From a virus: a DNA stretch of 64,000 nt. The stretch spans positions 32,001 through 96,000 of the IMG/VR virus record IMGVR_UViG_3300046167_000884; one strand, 5' to 3'. The number at the start of each line of letters is the position of its first letter. Position 1 is the first letter of the stretch. The translations under genes and the position numbers were made by a program. Below are positions 1-11,833 of the stretch, in pieces. The notes beneath the pieces are model-generated. The model was given only the letters and a program-made list of their open reading frames with translations. It made no database searches and was not told the DNA's origin.

Positions 1-3000
1 TCAGGTTCTTCAGGTTCAAGTGGCTCATCAGGTACAAGTGGTTCTGCAGGAACCTCGGGTTCAAGTGGTACAAGTGGTACATCTGGTTCATCAGGTACCG
101 CCGGTTCATCAGGCACATCAGGTTCTTCAGGAACAAGTGGTACTTCAGGTACTTCTGGATCCTCTGGCAATTCAGGAACTAGTGGTTCTTCAGGAACATC
201 AGGGACATCAGGTTCAAGTGGTACATCAGGTACATCAGGGACATCAGGTTCAAGTGGTTCAAGTGGTACAAGTGGCTCATCAGGTTCATCAGGTACAAGT
301 GGCTCATCAGGTACAAGTGGGGAAGGTGGATCCTCAGGCTCAAGTGGAACATCAGGTTCAAGTGGTGAATCTGGTACATCCGGCTCTTCAGGCACATCAG
401 GTTCCTCAGGAACAAGTGGTACTTCAGGTTCTGCAGGAACCTCGGGTTCAAGTGGTACAAGTGGTACATCTGGCTCATCAGGATCAAGTGGTTCATCAGG
501 TACTTCTGGTACATCGGGTTCAAGCGGAACTTCGGGTACAAGCGGTACATCAGGTACATCTGGTACTTCAGGTTCAAGTGGTTCATCAGGTACAAGTGGT
601 CATCAGGTACATCAGGTTCAGGTCTCATCAGGTACATGCAGGTTCTTCAGGAACATCAGGTTCTTCAGGAACATGCTGGAACATCAGGAACTTCAGGTTC
701 ATCAGGTACAAGTGGTACTTCAGGTTCAGTGGAACTTCTGGTTCATCTGGTTCATCAGGTACTTCAGGTCAGCGGTTCAGCTGGAACTTCAGGTACTTCA
801 GGAACTCAGGTTCATCGGTACAAGCGGAACTTCAGGTACAGGGTACTTCAGGTACATCAGGTTCATCTGGTACATCAGGTTCTTCAGGTACTTCAGGTAC
901 AAGTGGTACATCAGGAACATCAGGTTCTTCAGGAACTTCAGGTTCATCAGGTATAGACGGTACTTCAGGTTCGTCAGGCACTTCAGGTTCATCAGGTATT
1001 GATGGTACTTCAGGTTCGTCAGGCACTTCAGGTACAAGCGGTTCATCAGGTACATCAGGAACTTCAGGTTCTTCAGGTACGAGTGGATCTTCAGGAACAT
1101 CAGGTACATCAGGAACGTCTGGAACATCAGGTTCTTCAGGTACTTCAGGTTCATCAGGAACTTCTGGTTCATCAGGAACTAGTGGTTCATCAGGAACATC
1201 AGGTTCATCAGGTACTGCAGGAACTTCAGGAACATCAGGTTCTTCAGGTAACGACGGTACATCAGGAACTTCAGGTTCATCAGGTACAAGCGGTTCAGCG
1301 GGTACATCAGGAACAGATGGTACTTCTGGTATAGACGGTACTTCTGGTTCATCTGGTACTTCTGGTTCATCGGGTACAAGTGGCTCTTCAGGAACTTCTG
1401 GTTCTTCAGGAACTTCAGGAACATCTGGTTCATCAGGAACATCAGGTTCATCTGGTACTTCAGGTTCATCAGGTATTGATGGTACTTCAGGTTCGTCAGG
1501 AACTTCAGGTTCATCAGGTACAAGTGGTTCAGCTGGAACTTCAGGAACTTCAGGTTCATCAGGAACTTCAGGTTCATCAGGTTCTGCTGGTACATCAGGA
1601 ACTTCTGGTTCATCAGGTATTGATGGAACTTCTGGTTCATCTGGTACGAGCGGTTCATCAGGAACTTCAGGTTCTGCTGGTACGTCAGGTACAAGCGGAG
1701 TTTCAGGAACTTCAGGTTCATCAGGTACATCAGGCTCAGCTGGTACTTCAGGAACATCAGGTTCTTCAGGTACAAGCGGTTCATCAGGTAACGATGGAAC
1801 TTCAGGAACATCAGGTTCAGCTGGTACATCAGGAACATCAGGTTCTTCAGGTACAAGCGGATCTTCAGGAACTTCAGGTTCATCAGGAACATCAGGTTCT
1901 TCAGGTACTGCAGGAACGTCAGGAACTTCAGGTTCATCAGGTACATCAGGATCATCTGGTGTAAGCGGAACTTCAGGTTCATCAGGTACGAGCGGTTCAT
2001 CAGGAACATCAGGTTCATCAGGAACTTCAGGTTCTTCAGGTACTGCAGGAACATCAGGAACATCAGGTTCATCTGGTGTAAGTGGAACTTCAGGTTCTTC
2101 AGGAACTTCAGGTTCAGCTGGAACTTCAGGTTCTTCAGGAACTTCAGGTTCGGCTGGAACATCAGGTTCTTCAGGAACATCAGGTGTAAGTGGAACTTCA
2201 GGTTCTTCAGGAACTTCAGGTTCTTCTGGAACTTCAGGTTCATCAGGTGTAAGCGGAACTTCAGGTTCTGCTGGTACGTCAGGAACAAGCGGTTCATCTG
2301 GAACTTCAGGTTCATCAGGTTTCTCTGGTACTTCAGGTTCATCAGGTGTAAGTGGAACTTCAGGTTCAGCTGGTACATCAGGAACATCAGGTTCATCAGG
2401 TACAAGCGGATCTTCAGGTACTTCAGGTTCTTCTGGTACTTCTGGTTCATCAGGAACTTCTGGAACTTCTGGTTCTTCAGGTACTTCTGGTTCATCAGGA
2501 ACTTCAGGTTCATCAGGTGTAAGTGGAACTTCAGGTTCGGCTGGTACATCAGGAACTTCAGGTTCATCGGGTACAAGCGGTTCTTCAGGTAATGATGGAA
2601 CTTCAGGAACTTCTGGTTCTTCAGGAACTTCAGGTTCTGCTGGTACATCTGGTTCATCAGGTATCATCAGGTACATCAGGTACATCTGGTTCATCAGGAC
2701 AAGTCGGTTCATCAGGTACTTCAGGTTCATCAGGTACGATGGTACATCAGGAACTTCTGGTTCATCTGGTACATCAGGTTCATCAGGTAACGATGGAACA
2801 TCAGGATCATCTGGTTCATCAGGTACTTCAGGTTCATCAGGTACATCAGGTTCTAGTGGTACAAGTGGTACTTCAGGGGAACTCAGGAGACACATATGCC
2901 GATTGTAGTACTCAGGAATCTATCTGGTTACCTCTGGCAATGACGGTAGCTTCACGGAACTTAGCTCATCAGGAACTCAGGTTCTTCAGCGTATACTGCT

Positions 3001-4080
3001 GCACACTTCCGGTACATCTGGTATCTTCAGGAATGCCTCAGGTTCTTTCGAGTGTACGAGCGGACTCATCAGTAACTCAGGAACATCAGGTGCAATTCAG
3101 GATTACATCAGGTTCTTCAGGTACTTCAGGTTCTTCAGGTGGTTCGCGGAACTTCGTGGATAAATCTAGCTGGTGCTTCAGGAACATCAGGTTCATCTGG
3201 TACTAGCGGTTCAGCAGGTTCTTCAGGCACAAGTCAGGTTCTTCAGGTACAAGTGGCTCATCAGGTACTTCAGGTTCATCAGGTACTTCAGGTCATCAGG
3301 CTCTTCAGGAACATCAGGTTCAAGCGGTACTTCAGGTACTTCAGGTACATCAGGTACATGCGGTTCATCAGGTTTAGGAACATCAGGTTCTATCGGAACA
3401 TCAGGTTCAGTGGTACATCAGGTACATTCAGGTACAGTGGTTCTTCAGGTACTCAGGAACAAGTGGTTCAAGTGGAACATCAGGTTCATCAGGTACGAGC
3501 GGTTCTTCAGGTACTTCTGGTTCATCTGGTCAAGTGGTTCTTCAGGAACATCGGGTTCATCTGGTACTTCAGGTTCATCAGGTACAAGTGGAACAATGGC
3601 TCATCAGGTACTTCAGGTTCTTCAGGTACTTCAGGTTCATCTGGTTCAAGTGGTACATCTGGTTCATCAGGTACAAGTGGTACATCTGGTTCATCCGGTA
3701 CATCAGGTACATCAGGCTCATCAGGTACAAGCGGTTCTTCAGGCACATCAGGTACAAGCGGTTCTTCAGGTACATCAGGTACTAGTGGTTCAAGTGGAGA
3801 AGATGGATCCTCGGGCTCAAGTGGAACATCAGGTTCAAGTGGTACATCTGGTTCATCAGGTACATCAGGTACATCTGGAACTAGTGGTTCATCTGGTAAT
3901 TCAGGTACAAGCGGTTCTTCAGGGACTAGTGGTTCATCTGGTAATTCTGGAACATCCGGTTCATCAGGTACATCAGGTACATCAGGTTCTTCAGGAACTA
4001 GTGGTTCATCAGGCACATCAGGTTCTTCAGGAACTAGTGGTTCTTCAGGAACAAGTGGTAGTTCAGGTGCATCAGGTCCA
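1..4080 (+). repeat. Gly-X-Y (GTS/GSS/GSA/GID/GND) collagen-like low-complexity coding repeat, begins before the window
   Basis: 9-nt units such as tcaggtaca/tcaggttca/tcaggaact; Gly at every third residue in whichever frame carries the repeat; third codon positions vary synonymously. Confidence 0.95.
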
Positions 4081-6751
4081 ATAGGTCCTTACGAATATTA
4101 TGCTCCCGGAGACGAAGATTCGGGTATTCAACCTGTAAGTGGTTCAAATACTGCTGCAGGTTGTTGGTCAACTATTGCTGGTGGTCAAAATAATTATGTT
4201 GGTCTTGGGGGTACATTATATCATTTTATAGGAGGTGGTTTTGATAACCAAACAGGAACTTGTGCTGCTGGTCAAGTAATTGTTGGTGGATATTGTAACT
4301 GTTCACAAGGTGGTACTTCTCCTAATAAAGCTGATTGGAACTTTATAGGAGCTGGTATTGAAAACTGTAATCTTGGAGGTGCAGCTGCTATTGTAGCTGG
4401 TAAAAATAATAAAATTTCAGGAGTAGGAATAGGTGGAACTAATACAGGTGCATCTGGTAGTTTTATTGGAGCTGGTGTTGGAAATGAAATTGAAGCAGGA
4501 TGTTGTAGTTTTATAGGAGCTGGTTCTAATAACTTTATAACAAGTAGTCATACTTCAATTGTAGGTGGTACCCTAAACACAGCTTCAGCAGATTGTAGTT
4601 TCATAGGAGGTGGACATAACAACCTAACAAAAATATGCACCTATTCAGATTAGTATGGTGGATTTATTTCCGAAGGAACAGGTTCATCAATTGTGGGTGG
4701 TACTTTAAACACTTCCTCCACAGATTATAGCTTTATAGGAGGTGGTAAAAACAATTTTATAAGTGTTTCATCTTGTTATGGTTATTGTCAGGAGGGAGGA
4801 TGCTCTGTTATAGCAGGTGGTCAAAACAATATACTTTCATCATGTCATAGTTTTATAGGAAGTGGGTGTTGTAATTCCATTTCGGACATTTTATGGTCAT
4901 AATTCAATTTTAGGAGGTGGAGGTAATTCTATAAGTGGGGAGTATATTGGACATAGTTCTATATTAGGTGGTTTTAGCAACCTTATTAGAGGATATGGCT
5001 TCATCTACTTCAATTGCAGGTGGTTCCCAAAACACAGGCTCAGGACCACAAAGTTTTATTGGAGCCGGACTTTGTAATTCAATCTCAGGAGGATATGGTA
5101 TTATAGGAGCTGGAAAGTAATAACTCCCTTAGTGGTTATAGACTCAGCTATTGTAGCAGGTTGTAATAACTGTGTTAATGATACTTTTTCGTTTATAGGA
5201 GCTGGTAATTCTAATACTGTTTCAAGTTATTATAGCAATAACATAGTAGGGGGACATCTAAATAAAATAACCGGTTACAATTGTAATGGGTTTATTGGAG
5301 CTGGATGTAAAAACCTAATTGATAGTGTTGATAATTCTTCAATTGTAGGAGGTGTACGTAACACAGCATCAGCAGATTATAGTTTCATAGGAGGTGGTAA
5401 AGAAAACTATATTGTAGGTAGTAACTCTTGCTTTGATGCAATAGTAGGTGGTACTTCTAATAAAATTGCTCATACCATTGGCTAATCCATCTTCTGGTCG
5501 TAGTTTTATAGGTGGTGGATGTTTAAATCAAATCTTATCAAATACATCTCTAGGCTTTATAGGAGGTGGTACATCTAATACTATAAGTTCTGGTTATACA
5601 GGTCTTAGTTTTATTGGGAAGTGGAGATACAAATACAATTTCGGGTGCTTATGCTTCTAGAAATTTTATAGGAACAGGACGCCTTAATGATATTTGTACT
5701 GAGTATGATACAAATATAATATTAAACGGTAAAGAAAACACTATAAGTGGATATTCAGGTTTTAATACAATCGTAAATGGATCAGGATCAGTAATACATG
5801 ATGGAAATTGGAACTTTATAGGAGCAGGGGTATGTAACAGCGCAACACCTGGAGATTATACCCCTGATGATGCTTTTGGTGCAACTATTGTAAATGGGGT
5901 TTGTAATACAGGATCTGGACAATACTCTTTTATAGGAAGTGGAAAACAGAATCATGCTGCTAGTGATTATTCTATAATTGTAGGAGGTATTCTAAATACA
6001 GCTTCTGCAGTATGTAGCTTTATAGGATTATTAGGAGGTGGATGTAATAATAGTATTACCGGGGCCTTAGCGCAACTAAGCACCAGATCCAATGACGTAA
6101 TAGTTGGTGGGTCCAATAATAAAATATGCGGTGCCTGTAATACAAATTCCAATTCAATATTAGGGCGGAACTTTTAATACAATATGTCCTGTTTACTCTT
6201 CAGGAAATACAATCGCTGGCGGATCTTCAAATATTATATCTGGTGGTTTCCGTTCATTCAGTTTTATTGGTAATGGATATCAAAACGTAATTTCAAATGG
6301 TTCTTGTAATGGAATATTAGGAGGTAATAACAATACATTAACTCATTCTTGTTCATTTATAGTAGGTTCTAACTTAACCTCAACAGCTGTTTGTTATACC
6401 TTTATGAACAATGCTTGTGTAGCAGGTACAACTCGTACTACAACATTAGTAGAAACATCAGCTAGAAGATTTAAACAATGTATCTTACCTTTACAGGATC
6501 AAATCGAAAATATTAAAAAACTCGAACCTGTAGAATTCCAATGGAAAAAAGATAAAACAAAAGACATTGGGTTTATAGCCGAAGATGTAAAAGAAATTTA
6601 TCCCGATCTTGTAGCATACGAAGAAGATGGAAAAATAAGTGGTGTACAATACTCAAAATTAACAACAGTTCTTGTAAAAGCTTTACAACAACAACAACAA
6701 CAAATTGAAGAGTTGAAAAAAGAAATATTTATATTAAAACAAAATAAATAA
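1..6751 (+). CDS. Giant tail fibre/filament protein (5'-truncated, many frameshifts): collagen-like shaft, SFIGGGxxN beta-helix-type repeats, C-terminal Peptidase S74 intramolecular chaperone
   Basis: ORF pieces 20-2908, 3139-4653, 4693-4902, 5132-5485, 5614-6177 and 6404-6751 carry continuous motifs; the last piece has SARRFK..I..L, FQWK, GFIAEDV..IYPDLV, YSKLTTVLVKALQ and a coiled coil, typical of S74 chaperones. Confidence 0.8.
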
Positions 6752-6752
6752 T

Positions 6753-8771
6753 ATGGCATATTTACAATCTACATGCGTTATAGGTACTTTAGCAATTAGT
6801 GCATCTAATTCAAATGCCCTAGGTTCTATCATAATATCAGATACAATGTCCCCAGGTCCTGAATTTGATGGTAATTGTAATTTAATTGCTATAGGTAAAA
6901 ATACCACACTAACAGGATCACTAGGATTAGATGTCAATACTTTAACATTAACCCAAGCAGGGGAAAATTTTAATGCAAGTTATAACTATTATGAAAGGAA
7001 TGAAGGTGGTTGCGCAAAACCTGTTATACTTACAGGAGGTGGTGGAGGTACTGGAGCTGTTATTAAAGGCTTCCCAAGAAGATATACTAACTACTATGCA
7101 GGAGAAGAAGAAGGGTCTATTAATTTAGATGGAATCCAAGTTTCAGACCCAGGTAGTGGATATACATCCACGGTAACAGGCACAGTATGTGATCCTACAA
7201 CAACAAATGAAACTTGTGCTATATTTACTATAGAACCTCTACATAACGAAAATAGTATAAACATTGGCCATAATGCAGGTTGTAGATCCCAAGGTTCAAA
7301 TACTATAAGAATTGGTTCATGTGCAGGTAGAGGAAATCTAAATAATGGTTATTGTATTCATACTAATAGTATAGCTATAGGTTCAAATACTATGCTTTCT
7401 GGGTCATTCATAGATAGTATAGCTATTGGGGAAAATGCATTAAAGGGTAATACTACTTGTACAAATAATTTGAGATGTATAAAAGATAATGTAGTAATAG
7501 GAAAAAATAGCCTTTGTAATTTTAAAACCCAAACTTGTTATAACGCAATAGTTGGTAACTGCAATCTACCTAATGCTTGTTCTAATTATGCTAATACCGT
7601 AATTGGACATTGTAATGGTCTTACTGTTTGCAATGGTGGAACTTATAACATTATAATTGGAAATCGTAATGCTTGTATATCTGGAACAAATAAAAATATA
7701 GGGAGTACAAACACAGCTATTGGATATTTCAATTTTAGATGTTCACTGAACGGAAATTATAATACTGCAATTGGTGCGCTTAATATGTGTGGTGGTATCC
7801 TATCCGGTGCGTATTATAACATAGGGATTGGCTATCAAAATTTAAGATCAATTACCACAGGAGATTATAATGTAGGAATGTCAGCGTATTCCGGCTACAA
7901 CAATACTACAGGAGGGTATAATGTATATATGGGGTACTTTGCTGGTAAAGGTAATTGCACAGGTCAAAGATCTATTTATATAGGATGTGGAGCAGGTTGT
8001 GGTATGAGGAATCAAAATGATTCTATTTTTATAGGTAATAAAGTTGGAGCATATGGTAATAGTGACCAAGGAGGTCATATAGTTATAGGAATTGATGCTT
8101 TAAGAAATATGTGTGCTGGATATTTCAATACAGTCATTGGATATTGTGCATTAAGTGTAGGACAACAAACATCTACTTCTTGTGCTATAAATGGAGGATG
8201 TAATATAGCTATTGGACCATATGCTGGACAATGTATTAAAGGAGCATCTAATAATAACATTTATATAGGACAAAGATCAGGCCCTACTAGTTTTGGGTCT
8301 GAAACCTATAAATTTTATCTTGGGCAAGGCGCTGGTAATCATTTAATGTGTGGTTGTTTAAATTCTAGTGGTAGAACATTATGCGTAAATGGAACTTTAT
8401 CTAAAACAGCAGGATCATTTGCAATATCTCACCCAAATCCAACTAAAACTCAAGCTTGCGAGTTGTGGCATAGTTTCGTGGAATCTCCAACAGCAGGTGA
8501 TAACTTATACAGGTTTGAGGTAGAAGTAGAAAATGGTCAAGCAACTATAGATTTACCTGATTACTATAAACACTTAAATGAAAACGATCAAGTGTGGGTT
8601 AACGCTAAAAACCATTTTGGTAGAGCATATGGTGTAGTAAACCAAGAAAAAACAACCCTAACAGTATTTGCTGATACAGATGGTGAATATAATATTTTAC
8701 TTATAGGTACTAGGAAAGATAAAGATGCAATAAACGCTTGGAAAGGAACAGAACGATTAAAAGAAAGTTAA
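6753..8771 (+). CDS. Second tail fibre/adhesin-like protein with N.AIG beta-helix repeats, Cys-rich
   Basis: 672 aa; repeated SIAIG/NTAIG/NIGIG units; about 31 Cys counted; C-terminal SKTAGSFAISHP..HSFVESP..NLYR..IDLPDY domain of a type seen at phage fibre ends. Confidence 0.75.
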   Translation: MAYLQSTCVIGTLAISASNSNALGSIIISDTMSPGPEFDGNCNLIAIGKNTTLTGSLGLDVNTLTLTQAGENFNASYNYYERNEGGCAKPVILTGGGGGTGAVIKGFPRRYTNYYAGEEEGSINLDGIQVSDPGSGYTSTVTGTVCDPTTTNETCAIFTIEPLHNENSINIGHNAGCRSQGSNTIRIGSCAGRGNLNNGYCIHTNSIAIGSNTMLSGSFIDSIAIGENALKGNTTCTNNLRCIKDNVVIGKNSLCNFKTQTCYNAIVGNCNLPNACSNYANTVIGHCNGLTVCNGGTYNIIIGNRNACISGTNKNIGSTNTAIGYFNFRCSLNGNYNTAIGALNMCGGILSGAYYNIGIGYQNLRSITTGDYNVGMSAYSGYNNTTGGYNVYMGYFAGKGNCTGQRSIYIGCGAGCGMRNQNDSIFIGNKVGAYGNSDQGGHIVIGIDALRNMCAGYFNTVIGYCALSVGQQTSTSCAINGGCNIAIGPYAGQCIKGASNNNIYIGQRSGPTSFGSETYKFYLGQGAGNHLMCGCLNSSGRTLCVNGTLSKTAGSFAISHPNPTKTQACELWHSFVESPTAGDNLYRFEVEVENGQATIDLPDYYKHLNENDQVWVNAKNHFGRAYGVVNQEKTTLTVFADTDGEYNILLIGTRKDKDAINAWKGTERLKES

Positions 8772-8775
8772 AATT

Positions 8776-9072
8776 ATGACACAACAAGATATAGAAAATT
8801 CAATTTCATCATCATTTGATAGTTTAGAACTTTGCCAAACTATATTATCTAATTCTATGGAAGATTTAATCTCTGGTAGTTTTAATACTGAACCCTATTT
8901 ATTTCCTATTAGTGATAGTGAAGATAATATACGTTATATATTAAATAAAAATAGAGAAGCTTTAGAATGGATTTTAATAGAAGATTGGTTTAAAATTAAT
9001 GTTAATGAACCCAAAATAACAGAGTATGAAACAACAATATCAGCTTCAAAATCATTTAATTCTATAATATAA
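8776..9072 (+). CDS. Hypothetical protein (possible fibre accessory)
   Basis: 98 aa ORF tightly coupled to the fibre gene. Confidence 0.6.
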   Translation: MTQQDIENSISSSFDSLELCQTILSNSMEDLISGSFNTEPYLFPISDSEDNIRYILNKNREALEWILIEDWFKINVNEPKITEYETTISASKSFNSII

Positions 9073-9077
9073 AAGTT

Positions 9078-9344
9078 ATGCTAACACAAGATCAAAAAGT
9101 AAAAAAACTTGAAATTTTATTAAATTCTTACAACATTCAATCATTAATTTCAAAAACTATAGAGGAAAATATTAAAAGTAATTCCCCTAATTATGGGGAT
9201 AGCCTAAAAGAAATACGTTTTAGTTTAAGAGATTATACTATGGGTTTAAGACAAGGTATTCAAGTTTCCTCTTCATTATTTAGTGATGATGAATTAGATA
9301 ATATCCAAATAGTTCTAACAGGTTCTGCTTTATATGGTTCTTAA
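9078..9344 (+). CDS. Hypothetical protein
   Basis: 88 aa ORF in a tightly packed operon. Confidence 0.6.
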   Translation: MLTQDQKVKKLEILLNSYNIQSLISKTIEENIKSNSPNYGDSLKEIRFSLRDYTMGLRQGIQVSSSLFSDDELDNIQIVLTGSALYGS

Positions 9345-10003
9345 AGAAAAAAAAACTTTATTTCTTCTTCCATCAAAAACAGGTTCTACTTCTTTAGTTA
9401 GGATGTTTAAGGACTATGATATTCCTTTTATTTTAACCCCAATTAAAAAACACCCCTTACTTTCGGAATTATTAGAACTTAATAATATCCAAGATTTCTA
9501 TAATTATAAGATTTATCAAATTTGTAGAAATCCTATAGATAGAATGGTTTCATCTTATTATTTTCAACGTCAAATTATAAAAGATAAAGATAAATATAAA
9601 AAGTTTTTTAATTTAGATTTTAATCAGTTTATCGAATTGATAACAGACAATCAACATTATTTACCTAACCATATAAATAGATTTTGTATGAATGTTTTTT
9701 AATGATGTAAATTTTAGCAAAAATAAAGCTCCAACAGCTTATGGAGTAAGATTTTATCTTCCTCAAACAAAATGGAATGATATAGGAGCAAAAGTTAATT
9801 ATTTAAAATTAGAAGATTTAATTAAAGATAGTTCTATAATATCAAAAATTTTAAATGTTAATACTAATTTTATTTTCCCTCATAAAAATAAAACAAAAAA
9901 CAAACCAACTACTTCTTCAATAGATTTATATAATACTAAAAGTTTAAAATTATTAAAAAAAGCTTATCAAGAAGACTTTAAACAACTGCAATATGATATC
10001 TAA
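9334..10003 (+). CDS. Sulfotransferase (Sulfotransfer_2-like), split by a frameshift near 9695
   Basis: PSKTGSTS 5'-PSB-like loop and RNPIDRMVSSY 3'-PB motif; C-terminal half (HKNKT..Y..DF) in ORF 9692-10003; break at a T run. Confidence 0.75.
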
Positions 10004-10577
10004 ACGTGAATATTACCAAAACCAAAAATCATCCCAACCTTTTGACTTTAAATTTTTAGGCAATTTAGATATAACTTTAATTTTAAAAAATCTAAATACT
10101 TTTACTGAGGAACAATGGAATGAACATACTCATAGAAATGAAGCTTTTAGAGCCCACAACCAAACTAATTCTTTAGAAATATTATGGGATAAAGATAGTT
10201 TAAAAACGGGACTAACAGGGGCTAAAAATAAAATTAATTATAAACAATTAGATTTTGATTATATAAAAAATCTCCTCCAACCCATTTATGATAAACATTA
10301 TGGCCCAGGATATTTTATTCGTGTGTTAATCCCTAGATTAAATCCCGGAAGTTCTATACCTATTCATAGGGATAACGGAAAATCATTAATGGAAGTAAAA
10401 AGAACCCATATACCTTTAATTACAAATGAAAATATATTTTTTAAAGTAGGTGATACTACTAAAAATTTAAAAGCAGGAGAAGTATGGGAAATTAATAATG
10501 GTCGTGAACATGCTGTAAATAATGAAAGTGATGAATATAGAATTCATTTAATAGTTGATTATTTACCAAAAAGTTAA
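9993..10577 (+). CDS. 2OG-Fe(II) dioxygenase, aspartyl/asparaginyl beta-hydroxylase family
   Basis: PGSSIPIHRD (HxD), RTHIPL, GEVWEINN..HAVNN..RIHLIVD. Confidence 0.85.
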   Translation: MISKREYYQNQKSSQPFDFKFLGNLDITLILKNLNTFTEEQWNEHTHRNEAFRAHNQTNSLEILWDKDSLKTGLTGAKNKINYKQLDFDYIKNLLQPIYDKHYGPGYFIRVLIPRLNPGSSIPIHRDNGKSLMEVKRTHIPLITNENIFFKVGDTTKNLKAGEVWEINNGREHAVNNESDEYRIHLIVDYLPKS

Positions 10578-10578
10578 T

Positions 10579-10588
10579 ATATTTATAA
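10579..10588 (+). promoter_or_regulatory. Putative late promoter ATATTTATAA
   Basis: Recurrent intergenic motif. Confidence 0.65.
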
Positions 10589-10607
10589 TAAACAAAAATT
10601 CAATATA

Positions 10608-10916
10608 ATGAATCATACTTGGAAAATTTACGATCTAAAAAGAACTATTGCTGATGGCGTAGTAACTAAAGTAACCTATGCTTGTGAATCCGAGCTATCT
10701 GGATCAAGCACAAGAAAAATTGGAGAACTTACAGTTGAAGGTTCTGTAGATGATGCAGATTTTATTGCATATGAAGATCTTACTCAAGCTGATGTTTTGG
10801 GATGGGTTGATGCTAATGTAGATAAATCTTCAACTGAAACCCAAAATTCAGCCTCTATTGCTGCTGCTATTACAGCTAGAGCAGCTAGAACAGAATCAAA
10901 CGGTACTCCTTGGTAA
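10608..10916 (+). CDS. Small fibre-associated protein
   Basis: 102 aa with a late-type motif upstream; WKIYDLKR..DGVVTKV.Y pattern resembles small proteins found beside phage fibre genes. Confidence 0.5.
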   Translation: MNHTWKIYDLKRTIADGVVTKVTYACESELSGSSTRKIGELTVEGSVDDADFIAYEDLTQADVLGWVDANVDKSSTETQNSASIAAAITARAARTESNGTPW

Positions 10917-10921
10917 AATAA

Positions 10922-10953
10922 CTAGGAGTATTTAAATAAGTTACATATATTAA
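10922..10953 (+). promoter_or_regulatory. Variant host-type promoter
   Basis: CTAG-N20-TATATT before the GT9-like gene. Confidence 0.35.
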
Positions 10954-10957
10954 TGTT

Positions 10958-11833
10958 ATGAATATAATCTTTCAAATAGACGGAGGTCTAGGAAAATCTA
11001 TCATGGCAACGGCCATGACTAAAGTTTTAAGAAAACGCTATAAAAATGCTCATATTGTAGTTGTTACAGCTTATCCCGATGTATTTTTAAATAATCCCAA
11101 TATAAATGAATGTTTTAGAATTGAACAAATGGGGGGTGCCTATTTAAAATATGCTAAAGATCAAGATTGTAAACTTTTCTTATCTGACCCATATCACCAC
11201 AATTCCTTCCTTACAGAAAAAGAACATTTATTTAGAACATGGTGTAAAATTTATGGTTTAAACTATAATAATGAACAACCAGAACTCTATTTAACCCAAC
11301 CCGAAATAGAATATTTTAAACCCTTTTATCAAGTAGAAAAACCCATTATGGCAATTCAACCTAATGGAGGACCAATAGGTCAAGGTTTTCAATATTCATG
11401 GACACGAGACATACCAGAACCCACAGTTAACGAGATAATTCAACATTATAAGGAAGACTATACCATAGTCCATATTAAAAGAGAAGATCAATATAAATAC
11501 CCAGATACATTACATGCTTTAGATGGGTTTAGAAGTATAGCTATATTATTACAATTATCTTCTAAACGCCTATTAATCGATTCATTCAGCCAACATTTAG
11601 CCGCTGCTATGGGTAAAAAATCTACAGTTTGTTGGGTAACTACAAAACCAAAAATATTCGGTTATAAACTACATGATAATATTTTATCTAACCCATTTAC
11701 AAAAGAACCTCAACTCCAAAATTCTATTTATCAACCTTTTAATTTAGCACAAGATGTTTCTTCTATTCCATATAATGATTTAAGAGAGGTATTTGATGTA
11801 AATAAAATTGTAGAGTCGATAAATAAACAGTAA
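10958..11833 (+). CDS. Glycosyltransferase, GT9/heptosyltransferase-like (GT-B)
   Basis: N-terminal IDGGLGKSIMAT..LRKRYKNAHIVV; C-terminal LIDSFSQHLAAAMGKKSTVCW. Confidence 0.7.
   Translation: MNIIFQIDGGLGKSIMATAMTKVLRKRYKNAHIVVVTAYPDVFLNNPNINECFRIEQMGGAYLKYAKDQDCKLFLSDPYHHNSFLTEKEHLFRTWCKIYGLNYNNEQPELYLTQPEIEYFKPFYQVEKPIMAIQPNGGPIGQGFQYSWTRDIPEPTVNEIIQHYKEDYTIVHIKREDQYKYPDTLHALDGFRSIAILLQLSSKRLLIDSFSQHLAAAMGKKSTVCWVTTKPKIFGYKLHDNILSNPFTKEPQLQNSIYQPFNLAQDVSSIPYNDLREVFDVNKIVESINKQ

Noticed and set aside
179-4016. Long alternative-frame and minus-strand ORFs (VPEEPDVP, QVHQVL, MYLMNLK repeats)
   Set aside because: Shadow translations of the stop-poor Gly-X-Y repeat.
4651-4653. In-frame TAG in the fibre gene as evidence of stop-codon reassignment
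   Set aside because: TAG ends several intact genes (terminase, MCP, nuclease) and long ORFs are open under code 11; an isolated error is more likely.
600-6400. Dense frameshifts in the fibre gene as phase variation or programmed recoding
   Set aside because: Similar single-base indels break many unrelated genes, including the essential sheath, often at homopolymers. They are absent from most of 10-50 kb. Sequencing or assembly error in a repeat is the simplest explanation; read-level checks are needed.
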